Source of the DNA: Bdellovibrionales bacterium
Lineage (GTDB): Bacteria > Bdellovibrionota > Bdellovibrionia > Bdellovibrionales > JAMPXM01
DNA length: 16,923 nt
Assembly: GCA_043739185.1 (NCBI GenBank)
Contig: JAYUEN010000172.1
Span: forward strand, 1 to 16,923
Reading direction: 5' to 3'
The position numbers and the translations under genes are program-made. Under the pieces are notes generated by a model. It was not told where the DNA came from. It made no database searches and saw only the letters and a program-made list of their open reading frames with translations. The first letter of the stretch is position 1; each line of letters starts with the position of its first letter. Shown piece after piece: positions 1-8,840 of the stretch.

Positions 1-250
1 AAGCTTAAGGTCTGGGATGGGTTACCTTAACTTCAATCAATAAAACTAGACCAAAGACCATTGGCACAACTCGGACCCTTCTACTTTACCGAGAACCAGA
101 CCGCGCCTCAATCGCCTCTCCGCAGTTTTATAATTATAGTTGCATGCTAGACTACAAGGACTATGCCGAATACCACCGCCGGCGGCGGTGAATTTAGGAC
201 TCAAAGCATCTATATTTTTATTTAATATATTCAGGTACTTATAAAATTCA

Positions 251-300
251 TACTATTTACAACTTAGTACCTTGCAGTAAACAGTACTGTGCGGTAAGTA
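251..300. promoter_or_regulatory. Probable PadR operator array overlapping the padR promoter
   Basis: TACTA-N9-TAGTA inverted repeat at 251-269, overlapped by TAC-N13-GTA (268-286) and TACT-N8-AGTA (285-300), directly upstream of padR. PadR repressors commonly autoregulate through such palindromes. Confidence 0.5.
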
Positions 301-301
301 T

Positions 302-628
302 ATGTATATGAATTCGCAGTTCAATAAAGGAATCATCGAAATGTTAGTACTCGCCCTGGTGAGCAAGCGTGATTTTTATGGTTATGAGCTTGTTGAAACC
401 ATCTCGAAAAAAATCGAAATCTCAGAAGGCACTATTTATCCGATTCTGCGAAGACTCACCTCAGAACATTTTTTTGAAACTTATTTAAAAGAATCAAGCG
501 AAGGACCTCCCCGCAAATACTACCGCATGACAAAGCTGGGTCAGTTCGCAACCGAAAAATTACTCAAAGAATGGAATCAATTTTCGATGGATGTCGAATT
601 CATTATTCATCACGGAGAAAAAACATGA
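302..628 (+). CDS. PadR-family transcriptional regulator
   Basis: 108-aa ORF with PadR winged-helix motifs: KGIIEMLVLALV, YGYEL, EGTIYPILRRL, GPPRKYYRMTKLG. The start may be the second ATG at 308. Confidence 0.95.
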   Translation: MYMNSQFNKGIIEMLVLALVSKRDFYGYELVETISKKIEISEGTIYPILRRLTSEHFFETYLKESSEGPPRKYYRMTKLGQFATEKLLKEWNQFSMDVEFIIHHGEKT

Positions 629-1206
629 AGAGAGACCAGTTCATTCTCGAACTTAGGCGAGCCTTAGTTCATCTGTCGCAAGCTGAAGTAGAAGACATCA
701 TTCGCGACCAAAATGAATACTTAACTGATGCCGTTCAAGCAGGGCGCAGCGAAGAAGATGTCATTAAATCTTTGGGCGATCCCAAGGAATTAGCGAGCAC
801 CTTGCAAGCCGACCTCAAACTTCAAAGAGCCGAAGACGCGCCCAATTTCAACAAGCAAATTGGTTTAACCTTCAGCGCACTCCTTGCAATATTAGCTCTT
901 GCTCCACTTAATATTATTTTTGTACTTGGTCCATTCCTAGGATTACTCGGAGTTCTCACCGGCGGTTGGGCCGTCGCTATGGGTTTGTTTGCCAGTGCCA
1001 TCGCCATATTTGTTGGTTTTTTTACCAAGCTGATTTTTATAAGCGCAGGATTTTGGACCCATTTTTCGACCCTGTTTTTTGCCCTCGCCATGATTGGAAC
1101 CAGTCTTTTGGCTTTTTTATTTATGTATTGGATTTCGACTTATGTCTTAAAGGGAACGCTTAGCTATTTGAAATGGAATTTAAATTTTATCAGACCTCGC
1201 AAATAA
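625..1206 (+). CDS. DUF1700 (HAAS-domain) membrane protein
   Basis: True start probably ATG 625, in an ATGA overlap with the padR stop, rather than 571. N-terminal MKRDQFILELRRALVHL...EEDVIKSLGDPKELA signature, then about three to four hydrophobic helices. Typical position after padR. Confidence 0.9.
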   Translation: MKRDQFILELRRALVHLSQAEVEDIIRDQNEYLTDAVQAGRSEEDVIKSLGDPKELASTLQADLKLQRAEDAPNFNKQIGLTFSALLAILALAPLNIIFVLGPFLGLLGVLTGGWAVAMGLFASAIAIFVGFFTKLIFISAGFWTHFSTLFFALAMIGTSLLAFLFMYWISTYVLKGTLSYLKWNLNFIRPRK

Positions 1207-1219
1207 TGAAGGAGATTTT

Positions 1220-2131
1220 ATGAAGTTCGGTCGCCTTAGCATGAAACTTTTTTTGATCACACTCACCTGTTTTTTACTTTCTTATGCCTCCTCGGTTTTA
1301 GGGAACCTCAATTCTGAAAAGAGCTTTCCGCACTCACTCTTTACTCAGTATACGAGAACCATTGGCAGCTCACAATCTGTTGAAATTGAAAAGAACATTG
1401 AGTCTTCTGAAATTACAGAAATTGAAATTCAAAGCACCCAAACCGATATTGAAATCAGAGCTGAAAATGTGAAGCAAATTTCAATTGGCTTAAAGGGTCA
1501 TTATATCAGTAAAATCAATCACCCTGAAAGCGCACTTCAAGTGACGGCTGATGGTTCAAAGCTATATATTAAAACCAACGAAAACGAATTTGACGAATCT
1601 GCGTTTTTTCACATTTCAAGCAATGAAACCGACGGCAAAATGATTGTAGTCGCACCTCTCAATATTAAGAAAGTAAAAATAAAAACGGTTTCAGGAGATG
1701 TGATCGCAAACAATTTGAAACTTTCAAGTCTTTGGGTAGAAAGTGTCTCGGGCGATACTTTACTAAGTCAAAATTCATTAGATGAGCTGCAGTTCAAGTC
1801 TGTAAGTGGAGGGCTTGCTGGAAGCGGAGCCTTTTTACAAGTTCAAGCCAAAAGTGTTTCGGGCGGCATCAAACTCACTTTTTCAAATAATAATCCGGTC
1901 ATTGATTTTAAATCGACATCGGGCGACATTCAGACCTTCTTTTCTGCTCAGCCCGACCTCAATATTCAGTTTTCAACCATTAGCGGAGATTTTGAACTAG
2001 ATCCTAACTTCGGAAAAGAGCAAACTCGAAATAGCAAAATTCAGCTGGTTTTAGGTAACGGCTTGGGGAAAGTTTCAGTTAAAACCATCTCTGGCGATTT
2101 CAAAGTAGGGCGGGTCGATAAAATAGACTAG
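1220..2131 (+). CDS. DUF4097-family beta-strand repeat (putative adhesin-like) exported protein
   Basis: AAGGAG RBS upstream; N-terminal hydrophobic signal/anchor; seven repeats of the type KTVSGD, ESVSGD, KSVSGG, KSVSGG, KSTSGD, STISGD, KTISGD. Confidence 0.85.
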   Translation: MKFGRLSMKLFLITLTCFLLSYASSVLGNLNSEKSFPHSLFTQYTRTIGSSQSVEIEKNIESSEITEIEIQSTQTDIEIRAENVKQISIGLKGHYISKINHPESALQVTADGSKLYIKTNENEFDESAFFHISSNETDGKMIVVAPLNIKKVKIKTVSGDVIANNLKLSSLWVESVSGDTLLSQNSLDELQFKSVSGGLAGSGAFLQVQAKSVSGGIKLTFSNNNPVIDFKSTSGDIQTFFSAQPDLNIQFSTISGDFELDPNFGKEQTRNSKIQLVLGNGLGKVSVKTISGDFKVGRVDKID

Positions 2132-2604
2132 CGCTTCACTACTCTGGCTTTATTGCGATTGTCTCTTCTTTCTTTTGCGGCCGCAAACCGACGCTTTTCA
2201 ACATCGGATTCGGCAATGACAGGTGGCACTTCAACAGGCTTACTGTCTGGACCAAGTGCTACAAAGGTCAAATAAGCACTTGCTGTATGAAAGCGCTCTC
2301 CGGTCACGGGATTTTCGGCGTCAACACGAACGCCTACTTCCATCGAAGTGCGACCAGCATAGTTAATACTGGCATTTAGATTCACGACCCAACCTTTGTA
2401 TACCGGCTGAACAAAATCGAGACCGTCAATGGATGCGGTCACCACATTGCACCGACTATGCCTTTGAGCACAAATTGCGGCCGCAATGTCGACCCAGGAC
2501 ATGATCGTTCCACCAAAAATACTTCCGAGGGCGTTGGTATGAGTTGGGTGAACCAGCTCTGTCATGATCACTTTGGACGCAGAAACCGGCCTTGCTTCCT
2601 TCAT
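2128..2604 (-). CDS. Acyl-CoA thioesterase (hotdog fold, YciA-like)
   Basis: Motifs HTNALGSIFGGTIMSWVDIAA, VVTASID, GRTSMEVGV, AYLTFVAL; AAGGGG RBS. 4-bp convergent overlap with the DUF4097 gene. Confidence 0.95.
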   Translation of the reverse strand: MKEARPVSASKVIMTELVHPTHTNALGSIFGGTIMSWVDIAAAICAQRHSRCNVVTASIDGLDFVQPVYKGWVVNLNASINYAGRTSMEVGVRVDAENPVTGERFHTASAYLTFVALGPDSKPVEVPPVIAESDVEKRRFAAAKERRDNRNKARVVKR

Positions 2605-2625
2605 TTATTGCCCCTTCAATGTTGC

Positions 2626-2660
2626 AAAAAAAAATCCGCTCCCAAAACTGGGAACGGATT
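2626..2660 (-). terminator. Rho-independent terminator after the LuxR-type gene
   Basis: Minus strand reads AATCCGTTCCCA-GTTT-TGGGAGCGGATT (12-bp stem, one G:U pair) followed by a T-run, 27 nt after the stop codon. Confidence 0.85.
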
Positions 2661-2687
2661 CAAAGTACTTACTTCTAAACTAAAAAA

Positions 2688-3101
2688 CTAAAGACCGAAT
2701 GCGCCAATGTCACCATTGCCATTACCTGAACCAATATCATTACGGATAGGAGTTACGTTGCCAGCCTGAGACACAGTCGTATTACCTACTGGAATGGTAT
2801 TCACGCCAGCTGTAGTAGCTGCTGCTGTAGCCATTGCCGCCTGAGCGTCTGCTCTGCTTGTTGCTGCTTGTTGCGCTTCGCTCTCGATAAATCCGAGGTG
2901 AGGCAAACACCATACGATCAGCTGAGCACGTGACTTTACATTCATCTTTTTATAAATGTTAGTCAGGTGGAATTTGACAGTTTTTTCTGTCACGAACAGT
3001 TGATTAGCTACTTCTTTGTTTGAAAGACCTTTTGAAACCAGTTCTGCAACTTCGGCTTCACGGTTAGACAAACCCTTCTGAATTAATGCGTCTCTGAGCA
3101 T
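2688..3101 (-). CDS. Stand-alone LuxR/GerE-type HTH regulator with Ala/Thr/Gly-rich C-terminal tail
   Basis: LSNREAEVAELVSKGLSNKEVANQLFVTEKTVKFHLTNIYKKMNVKSRAQL is a canonical LuxR HTH. No receiver domain. Strong AGGAGG RBS. Confidence 0.93.
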   Translation of the reverse strand: MLRDALIQKGLSNREAEVAELVSKGLSNKEVANQLFVTEKTVKFHLTNIYKKMNVKSRAQLIVWCLPHLGFIESEAQQAATSRADAQAAMATAAATTAGVNTIPVGNTTVSQAGNVTPIRNDIGSGNGNGDIGAFGL

Positions 3102-3461
3102 CCTTGCTCCCTCCTGATAAAGGTTACTAAACTATTGGTTAGGTAAATTCTAGTTGTTAAGGTCCTACAACAAGCGTTCATGCTTTATTGCATCACCTGT
3201 ATCAAAGTCTGACAGTTAATTTCAGATTCCGCAAGAGCCATCCAAAACATTTTTTAAAACTAGACCGACTTAAATACTTTTTCTCTAAAAACCAAATTCC
3301 CCTCTGACTCGACAATCAAATCATACAAATTTTCTTTTTAGCAATTAAATCTTTGAAAGAAATCAGCAATTCTTCTTATATTAGAAACAATAAATTCTTT
3401 TAACCGAAATCTTATTTGAATGAACGAGAGAGTTAGGTTTATAATTCGCCTCAAGGGCTAG

Positions 3462-3487
3462 TACTTAGATCCCAATCGACCTAAGTA
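3462..3487 (-). terminator. Stem-loop just after the glnD stop (possible terminator or RNA-stabilising hairpin)
   Basis: Minus strand TACTTAGGTC-GATTGG-GATCTAAGTA, 10-bp stem with one G:U pair, 5 nt after the stop. No clear U-tract. Confidence 0.4.
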
Positions 3488-3492
3488 AACGT

Positions 3493-5826
3493 CTAAGTGA
3501 CCTCTGACCTAAGCTTTTCAATTATAGCATTGAAGTCTCCCGCCTTCGGAATATCAACCGCAAAGAGATCCTGAATTTGTCGCCCCCAAGTATGAACTTT
3601 GGCCCATCTAATATTCAGATTCTGACTTGATATGGCCTGGGCAGCCTTAAGGAGCAGCCCCGATTGATCGCGCCCAGTAAAGGCGATTAAGAGATCTTCG
3701 GCTGACTGAGAAATCAGTTCAACCTTATCAAAACGTACTTTTTCAAGCTGAAAATTTAAGCCATCTGCGGCGTATGGCAATGCCTGCTTTTTTAAGATTT
3801 TGGCTTGAAGCTCGGCTTTGGTGAGGCCGGTTCGAACCTGAAACCAATCATAAACTCCAAATTTGGTATGACTCGTAATTGAGGCATGATTGATACCACA
3901 TTTAAGCGCATATAATTTTTGCGCGAAACTCAAAAAGACGCCCTTGCGGTCTTCAGCTTCAAAAAGCCGAATCCAAATCTCTTTTTTAGGACTCTGATAC
4001 AGAAGTGGCATTAGCTCTAAATTCTTCTTTTTCGAAAAGTACTCCTTTAAGTCGGAAGCTAAAATTTGCGCCGGAACCGAAGAGAGTAAAAATGGGTCTA
4101 AACTTTCTAAAAAATCTTGTGCCTGAAGTGAAGTTTTGACTCCCAATCGGGCTTCGAGCTCAAGAAAGGCGCTGGCTTCTGGCGAGGTCATTGCCACGAC
4201 TACTTGCTTGAGCAGCTTTTCCTTCCAGGCGTTCCAGGCTTCGGGATTGGTAGCTCGAATATCGACTGCGGTAAAAATCGTAAGGCGCGCAATTCTTGCC
4301 CCTTGCACACCCCGATCGTGTAAATTTCGCAATGTGGTCTTGGCACTCGGATTCTTTCGAAAGGCGGCGTCGGATATTATAAGGTGCTCATCAATCATCC
4401 AGAGCACCTCTTCTTGAATGAACTTCGCAACCTTAAATTTTTTCAGATAAAAACGAGCAAGCTCAACGCCCTTTTGCGAATGATCACCGCCTCGACCTTT
4501 AGCCAAATCATGAAAGAGACAGGTCCAGCTCAGTATCTCCCAATCCGCATCAGTTAAAGACTTCGCAGTTTCAGCAAGCGATCCAATAATTTTTGGTTTT
4601 AAATAGATTCTCTTCAACTCTCTGAGTGCCTGCAATATGTGAGCATCAACACTGTAGCGATGATATTGATCGTGCTGAACATGCCCCACGATTTTCTTAA
4701 AATCAGGCACAAAGGAATCAATCAAACTTGAATGAAAAAGCGCAAATGTAACCGCATCAGGCGTATGGGCATGAATAAGACTTAAGAATTCACGATTGCT
4801 TTTGAGGAGCTCTTTTTCACTGGCGGCCTTAAACAGTTCTGAAGCTTCAAAGCGTATGCGGCTTTGCATAAGGATACTTTGATTTTCCCTTATCGCGCTC
4901 ACAAAATCAATTGGCTTCAGAAGTGCTAAGTCTAAGATTTTTTTTAAACTACTAGGGCTGGCTTGAACTTCAGCAAATCTTAAATCTGAATAAAAGTTTA
5001 CCCGCGAAATCCCTTTTTGAACTTCACGCATAAAATCTTGAATATTCTTATAGCCCAGCCACTTGCTGATATTGAGCTGGTCATTTGCCGACAAAATATC
5101 CCCGCTGCCCTCGAGATGAAGACGATGTCTTAATAAAAGCCAAAATTCTAAATAGTAATTTAAAACCGCTTCATGATGCCTTGAAAATTCGGCACGTGCT
5201 CGTGGTAGCTGAAACAACTTTGCGAGATTCAGCGCCTGCTGCAAATCGCGAAGCCCCCCTGGACCATATTTTAAATTGGGCTCTAAAAAATTCGCAATCG
5301 AGTCGTAGCGCTCGTTTCGCGCTTTTCTTTCAAGGCTCATGGTTTTGAGTAGTTCACGTAAATATTTTTTCCCTCGAGCGGCAATCAAGACAATTTGTGC
5401 CGCCAATCTCTGCGCGGATTCATCTGAGAAGGCTTTGCCGTCTAAGAGAGCTACGACATCAAAGGCCTGAACACCCTTGGTCCAATCGTTTAGATCTTCA
5501 GGAATTCGAGATCTGATTTTGACGCCAAGACTTTGAAAGTCCCGAACGAAGTGAGCGACATCGGCCTCTTCACCCAAAAAGAGCAAATCTAAATCAGAAC
5601 CCGCACAAAGCTCGCCGCGAGCCCACGAACCCAGCGCAATTGGCTGCGTCTTAAGCCACAAAGGATGGGCTGAAAATTTTTGTTCAATTTTATCTACCAA
5701 AAGCCGAGAAAAAGTTTTCGCCCCCAGAGAACCGAGGCTCTCGTCTCCGTTGGGAGTAGTCGGAGCCTGCAATTTGGAGAAAAAGAACTCGCGTTCTTCA
5801 GGCGTTAAAAAACTTTTCAAAATCAC
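3493..5826 (-). CDS. glnD: Bifunctional [protein-PII] uridylyltransferase / uridylyl-removing enzyme
   Basis: NTase motif ALGSWARGEL...SDLDLL; EPNLKYGPGGLRDL; HD domain (QHDQYHRYSVDAH, LFHDLAKGRGGDHS); two C-terminal ACT-like segments (DRKGVF, DQSGLL). GTG start overlaps the mutS 3' end by 29 bp. Confidence 0.92.
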   Translation of the reverse strand: MILKSFLTPEEREFFFSKLQAPTTPNGDESLGSLGAKTFSRLLVDKIEQKFSAHPLWLKTQPIALGSWARGELCAGSDLDLLFLGEEADVAHFVRDFQSLGVKIRSRIPEDLNDWTKGVQAFDVVALLDGKAFSDESAQRLAAQIVLIAARGKKYLRELLKTMSLERKARNERYDSIANFLEPNLKYGPGGLRDLQQALNLAKLFQLPRARAEFSRHHEAVLNYYLEFWLLLRHRLHLEGSGDILSANDQLNISKWLGYKNIQDFMREVQKGISRVNFYSDLRFAEVQASPSSLKKILDLALLKPIDFVSAIRENQSILMQSRIRFEASELFKAASEKELLKSNREFLSLIHAHTPDAVTFALFHSSLIDSFVPDFKKIVGHVQHDQYHRYSVDAHILQALRELKRIYLKPKIIGSLAETAKSLTDADWEILSWTCLFHDLAKGRGGDHSQKGVELARFYLKKFKVAKFIQEEVLWMIDEHLIISDAAFRKNPSAKTTLRNLHDRGVQGARIARLTIFTAVDIRATNPEAWNAWKEKLLKQVVVAMTSPEASAFLELEARLGVKTSLQAQDFLESLDPFLLSSVPAQILASDLKEYFSKKKNLELMPLLYQSPKKEIWIRLFEAEDRKGVFLSFAQKLYALKCGINHASITSHTKFGVYDWFQVRTGLTKAELQAKILKKQALPYAADGLNFQLEKVRFDKVELISQSAEDLLIAFTGRDQSGLLLKAAQAISSQNLNIRWAKVHTWGRQIQDLFAVDIPKAGDFNAIIEKLRSEVT

Positions 5827-8299
5827 TTCCTGTGAGCTTTTGTTGCATCTGTGAAAGAAGCATCATGGCTTCAATTGGAGTCATTTTTTCTAATTTTAAA
5901 TTTTTCATATTTTCTAAAAACTCTTGCGCAGGTTTGAGCTCTTCTTCACCTGCGGAATCCAAATTCTCTAGGGAGAAATTAAGCTGCGGAGTTTTCTCTT
6001 TGGGTTTAGAGTTTTCAAACTGATGTAGTATTTCAGAGGCTCTCAAGGTCAAGCTTTTCGGAAGACCTGCTAATTTGGCCACATGAATTCCGTAAGATTT
6101 GCTAGCCGCACCTTGAGTGAGCGTATGCAGAAATCTCACTTCGCCATTGATTTCACTCACTCTCATATGAGCATTTTTAAGATTTGAAAAGCTGTGAGCA
6201 AGCTCAGTGAGCTCATGATAGTGAGTCGCAAATAAAGTCATACATGAAGTATTGGTTAGCAGATGCTCTAAAATGGCCTGAGCCAAACTCATGCCATCAT
6301 AGGTAGAGGTTCCGCGTCCGATCTCATCTAAAATAACCAGCGATTGCGAAGTTGAGTTATTGAGGATTTCAGCGGCCTCTTTCATTTCAACCATAAAAGT
6401 CGAAAGCCCCTCGCTTAAAAAATCATTGGCGCCGATACGAGTAAAAATCTGATCAAAGATGGGAAGCTTGGCACTCTCACAAGCTACGAACGAGCCCAAT
6501 TGAGCCATCAAACTCGTGATCGCCACTTGCCTCATGAGTGTACTCTTACCTGCCATATTGGGTCCGGTTAAAAGCAAACAGTCCCTTAATCCCAGTTGAA
6601 TATCATTTGCTTTAAAGGGGATTTCTAAGCTCTGCTCAATCACCGGGTGACGAGAAGATTTAATCTCTAAATGAGCATCTTGATCCCACGAAATAAATTG
6701 CGGTCGTTTATAATCTTCCTCAAGGGCTAACTGCGCAAGTGAGGCCAAGACATCTAGCTCGGCCCATTCTCTGGCGAGTTTCAAGAGAATAGGAGTCGAC
6801 TTTAAAATTTGCTGTCTTAACTGCTCAAAGAGCATTGCCTCAAGCTCAAAACGCTTTGCTTGCGCACCCAAAACTTTGGTTTCAATCTCTGATAGCTCTT
6901 GAGTCATATAGCGTTCACTGCCCGCCAGGGTCTGTTTGCGCTCATATCGATTTATAGGAACTTTGTCTTTATGGGTATTGGTGATTTCAATATAGTAACC
7001 AAAAATATTATTAAACCGAACCTTAAGCGAGCTAATCCCAGTGAGTTCTTTTTCTCTTGCCTCCAATTGCAATAACAGCTCTTGTGAATTGTTTGAAAGC
7101 CGAAAGCACTCATCAAGCTCCGGAGATACTCCGGCTTTAATTACATTGCCATTTTTGAGTTGAACTGGAGCCTCTTCGTTGATCTTTGAAAGAATACTTT
7201 CAACTGTGAATCGCGCCACTGATAAATCTTGATCCGACCATATCTTTTGCGTGCTCAAATGACTCGCTTCAAGACCTGCCGCCAAAGAATCACACAAAGA
7301 TAGCAAATCCCTGGGAGAAATATTGGGGCTCGAAATTCTTGAGAGTCGTCTTTCAATATCGCCGATTCTGCCAATCGCATCTCGCAAACTTTTTAAATTT
7401 GGAGAATCTAAAATCATCTGTACCTGATCGAGCCGCTGATCAATTGCCGCTTTTTGCAAAAGTGGAAATCGCAACCACGACTTCAAACAGCGCCGACCTG
7501 CAGAACTCTTGGTTCTGTCAATCGCGTGAAACAGAGAGCCTTTTTGTTCTCGCTGATAGTTTTCAAATATTTCAAGACTTCGAACCGATTGCGTAGAAAG
7601 CTGCATTCGCCCTGAAAGCTCACGCATTTCAAATTGAATATTTAAAATTTGCTCGCCCGCTTGCATTTGCCCCAAATATTTTTTTAAACGCGCTTGGCTT
7701 TCAAAGTTTTCGCTATATGCAGTATCGAGATCACAGCGGCTTAAAATCATTCCAGCTATGGATTTTAATTCTTGCTTACTCCCCAGAACAATTTCAACCG
7801 GACCCAATGAGCTTAAAAGTTCATCTCGGCGCTTTTCGGAATCAAATAAAAAGCTAAATGCCTCAAGCGTTGAGGCCTCTAAAAACGAAATACATTTGTC
7901 ATCAAAGCTTGCGATAAAATTGGCTGTTGCTTCATCTAGAGTATCAGGATCAAAAACCAATCCAGGAGACAAAATTCTGGTTACACCTCGTTTTACCAAA
8001 CCCTTGGCCAGAGCTGCATCTTCGAGCTGATCACATATCGCGACCTTTAAGCCGGCCTTAAGTAATTTATTTATTTGTGGGCCTATTGAATGATGAGGCA
8101 CGCCGCACATCGGGGTCTTCTCTTCTGAGTTTTTATTTCTCGAGGTCAGTGCAATGCCCATAATAGGCGCCGCAGTTTCAGCATCATCGCAAAACATTTC
8201 AAAAAAATCACCCATTCGAAACAAAAGAACTTTGTCGGCGTGAAAGGTTTTGATCTCCCAATACTGTTTCATAAGGGGGGTTAGCTGAGTGCTTTTCAT
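5798..8299 (-). CDS. mutS: DNA mismatch repair protein MutS (MutS1)
   Basis: TPLMKQY, FRMGDFFEMF, PMCGVPHH, Walker A GPNMAGKST, STFMVEM, DEIGRGTST, FATHYHEL, SYGIHVAKLAG. ATG 8299 preferred over the track's GTG 8323. Confidence 0.98.
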   Translation of the reverse strand: MKSTQLTPLMKQYWEIKTFHADKVLLFRMGDFFEMFCDDAETAAPIMGIALTSRNKNSEEKTPMCGVPHHSIGPQINKLLKAGLKVAICDQLEDAALAKGLVKRGVTRILSPGLVFDPDTLDEATANFIASFDDKCISFLEASTLEAFSFLFDSEKRRDELLSSLGPVEIVLGSKQELKSIAGMILSRCDLDTAYSENFESQARLKKYLGQMQAGEQILNIQFEMRELSGRMQLSTQSVRSLEIFENYQREQKGSLFHAIDRTKSSAGRRCLKSWLRFPLLQKAAIDQRLDQVQMILDSPNLKSLRDAIGRIGDIERRLSRISSPNISPRDLLSLCDSLAAGLEASHLSTQKIWSDQDLSVARFTVESILSKINEEAPVQLKNGNVIKAGVSPELDECFRLSNNSQELLLQLEAREKELTGISSLKVRFNNIFGYYIEITNTHKDKVPINRYERKQTLAGSERYMTQELSEIETKVLGAQAKRFELEAMLFEQLRQQILKSTPILLKLAREWAELDVLASLAQLALEEDYKRPQFISWDQDAHLEIKSSRHPVIEQSLEIPFKANDIQLGLRDCLLLTGPNMAGKSTLMRQVAITSLMAQLGSFVACESAKLPIFDQIFTRIGANDFLSEGLSTFMVEMKEAAEILNNSTSQSLVILDEIGRGTSTYDGMSLAQAILEHLLTNTSCMTLFATHYHELTELAHSFSNLKNAHMRVSEINGEVRFLHTLTQGAASKSYGIHVAKLAGLPKSLTLRASEILHQFENSKPKEKTPQLNFSLENLDSAGEEELKPAQEFLENMKNLKLEKMTPIEAMMLLSQMQQKLTGSDFEKFFNA

Positions 8300-8386
8300 A
8301 TAATTAATGGCTATTCGATGCACTCATTTTGGTCAATATGAATTGCTAATTACAAACCTAACTTATGTGCGATTTTTAAGCAGTTT

Positions 8387-8450
8387 TAACGGCAGCTGCG
8401 GCCGTTAGCCGTTTGCCAGTTGCGGTTGTCGGCCTTCAGTGGGTCAGTTT
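8387..8450. repeat. Degenerate 7-bp tandem repeats plus a hairpin
   Basis: Consecutive units from 8401: gccgtta gccgttt gccagtt gcggttg tcggcct tcagtgg (g) tcagttt. Perfect inverted repeat taacggc-N7-gccgtta at 8387-8407. Confidence 0.65.
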
Positions 8451-8611
8451 ATAAGGCAGGCGCCCAATTGATCTGCCTACGGATGAAGCTCACTTAGCGA
8501 ATCCTCCATATCTATTAGGGCTTGAACTTCTCGAAGGCTTGCAAATGCTATTACATAAAATCTTTTTCGCTCTTTTGCTGAAGTTCTGGCTGAACCCTCG
8601 GCCAAATTCAA
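8436..8611 (-). pseudogene. Four-helix-bundle protein (23S rRNA IVS protein / Avd-like superfamily), 5'-truncated pseudogene
   Basis: Hand translation from 8611: LNLAEGSARTSAKERKRFYVIAFASLREVQALIDMEDSLSELHP*ADQLGACL, then after a 1-nt frameshift YKLTH*. NLAEG and A-x-A-S-L-x-E are family hallmarks. In-frame TAG at 8479-8477. N-terminus absent. Not in the ORF track. Confidence 0.85.
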
Positions 8612-8727
8612 TTAGCTATGCTTCACTCCGTGAAACTCAAGTCTTACTCGAGATACTTGAACAAGCAGAATTAAGCAAAATCGCCAATGAGCTAAGTGCC
8701 ATGATCTACAAATTAAAAATAAAATAG
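8608..8727 (+). pseudogene. Second four-helix-bundle gene fragment (C-terminal third only)
   Basis: SISYASLRETQVLLEILEQAELSKIANELSAMIYKLKIK* aligns with VIAFASLREVQALIDM...ADQLGACLYKL of the minus-strand copy. The first ~23 codons of track ORF 8539-8727 are antisense of that other copy. Confidence 0.8.
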
Positions 8728-8840
8728 CATTGAAATTAAAGTTGCCGATTCTGACTCAGGATCGGCTCCAGTTGACTGAGTTCGGAATGCCTGACCCTGA
8801 ACGCTGAAGGATTCATATACTAATTAAAAAAGAACCCAGC

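Noticed and set aside
1..200. Riboswitch, tRNA or gene end at the window start; hairpin CACCGCC-GGC-GGCGGTG at 174-190
   Set aside because: No cloverleaf. A minus-strand GAGGCGCG...AGTA resembles a lysine riboswitch only superficially, with wrong spacing. No convincing ORF, and the hairpin lacks a clear U-tract. An Rfam search with upstream context is needed.
8387..8450. CRISPR array
   Set aside because: Units are 7 bp, adjacent and degenerate, with no spacers and no cas genes.
8539..8727. Track ORF of 62 aa as an intact gene
   Set aside because: It is a chimera of antisense sequence from the minus-strand remnant and the C-terminal fragment of the second remnant; TTG start with no convincing RBS.
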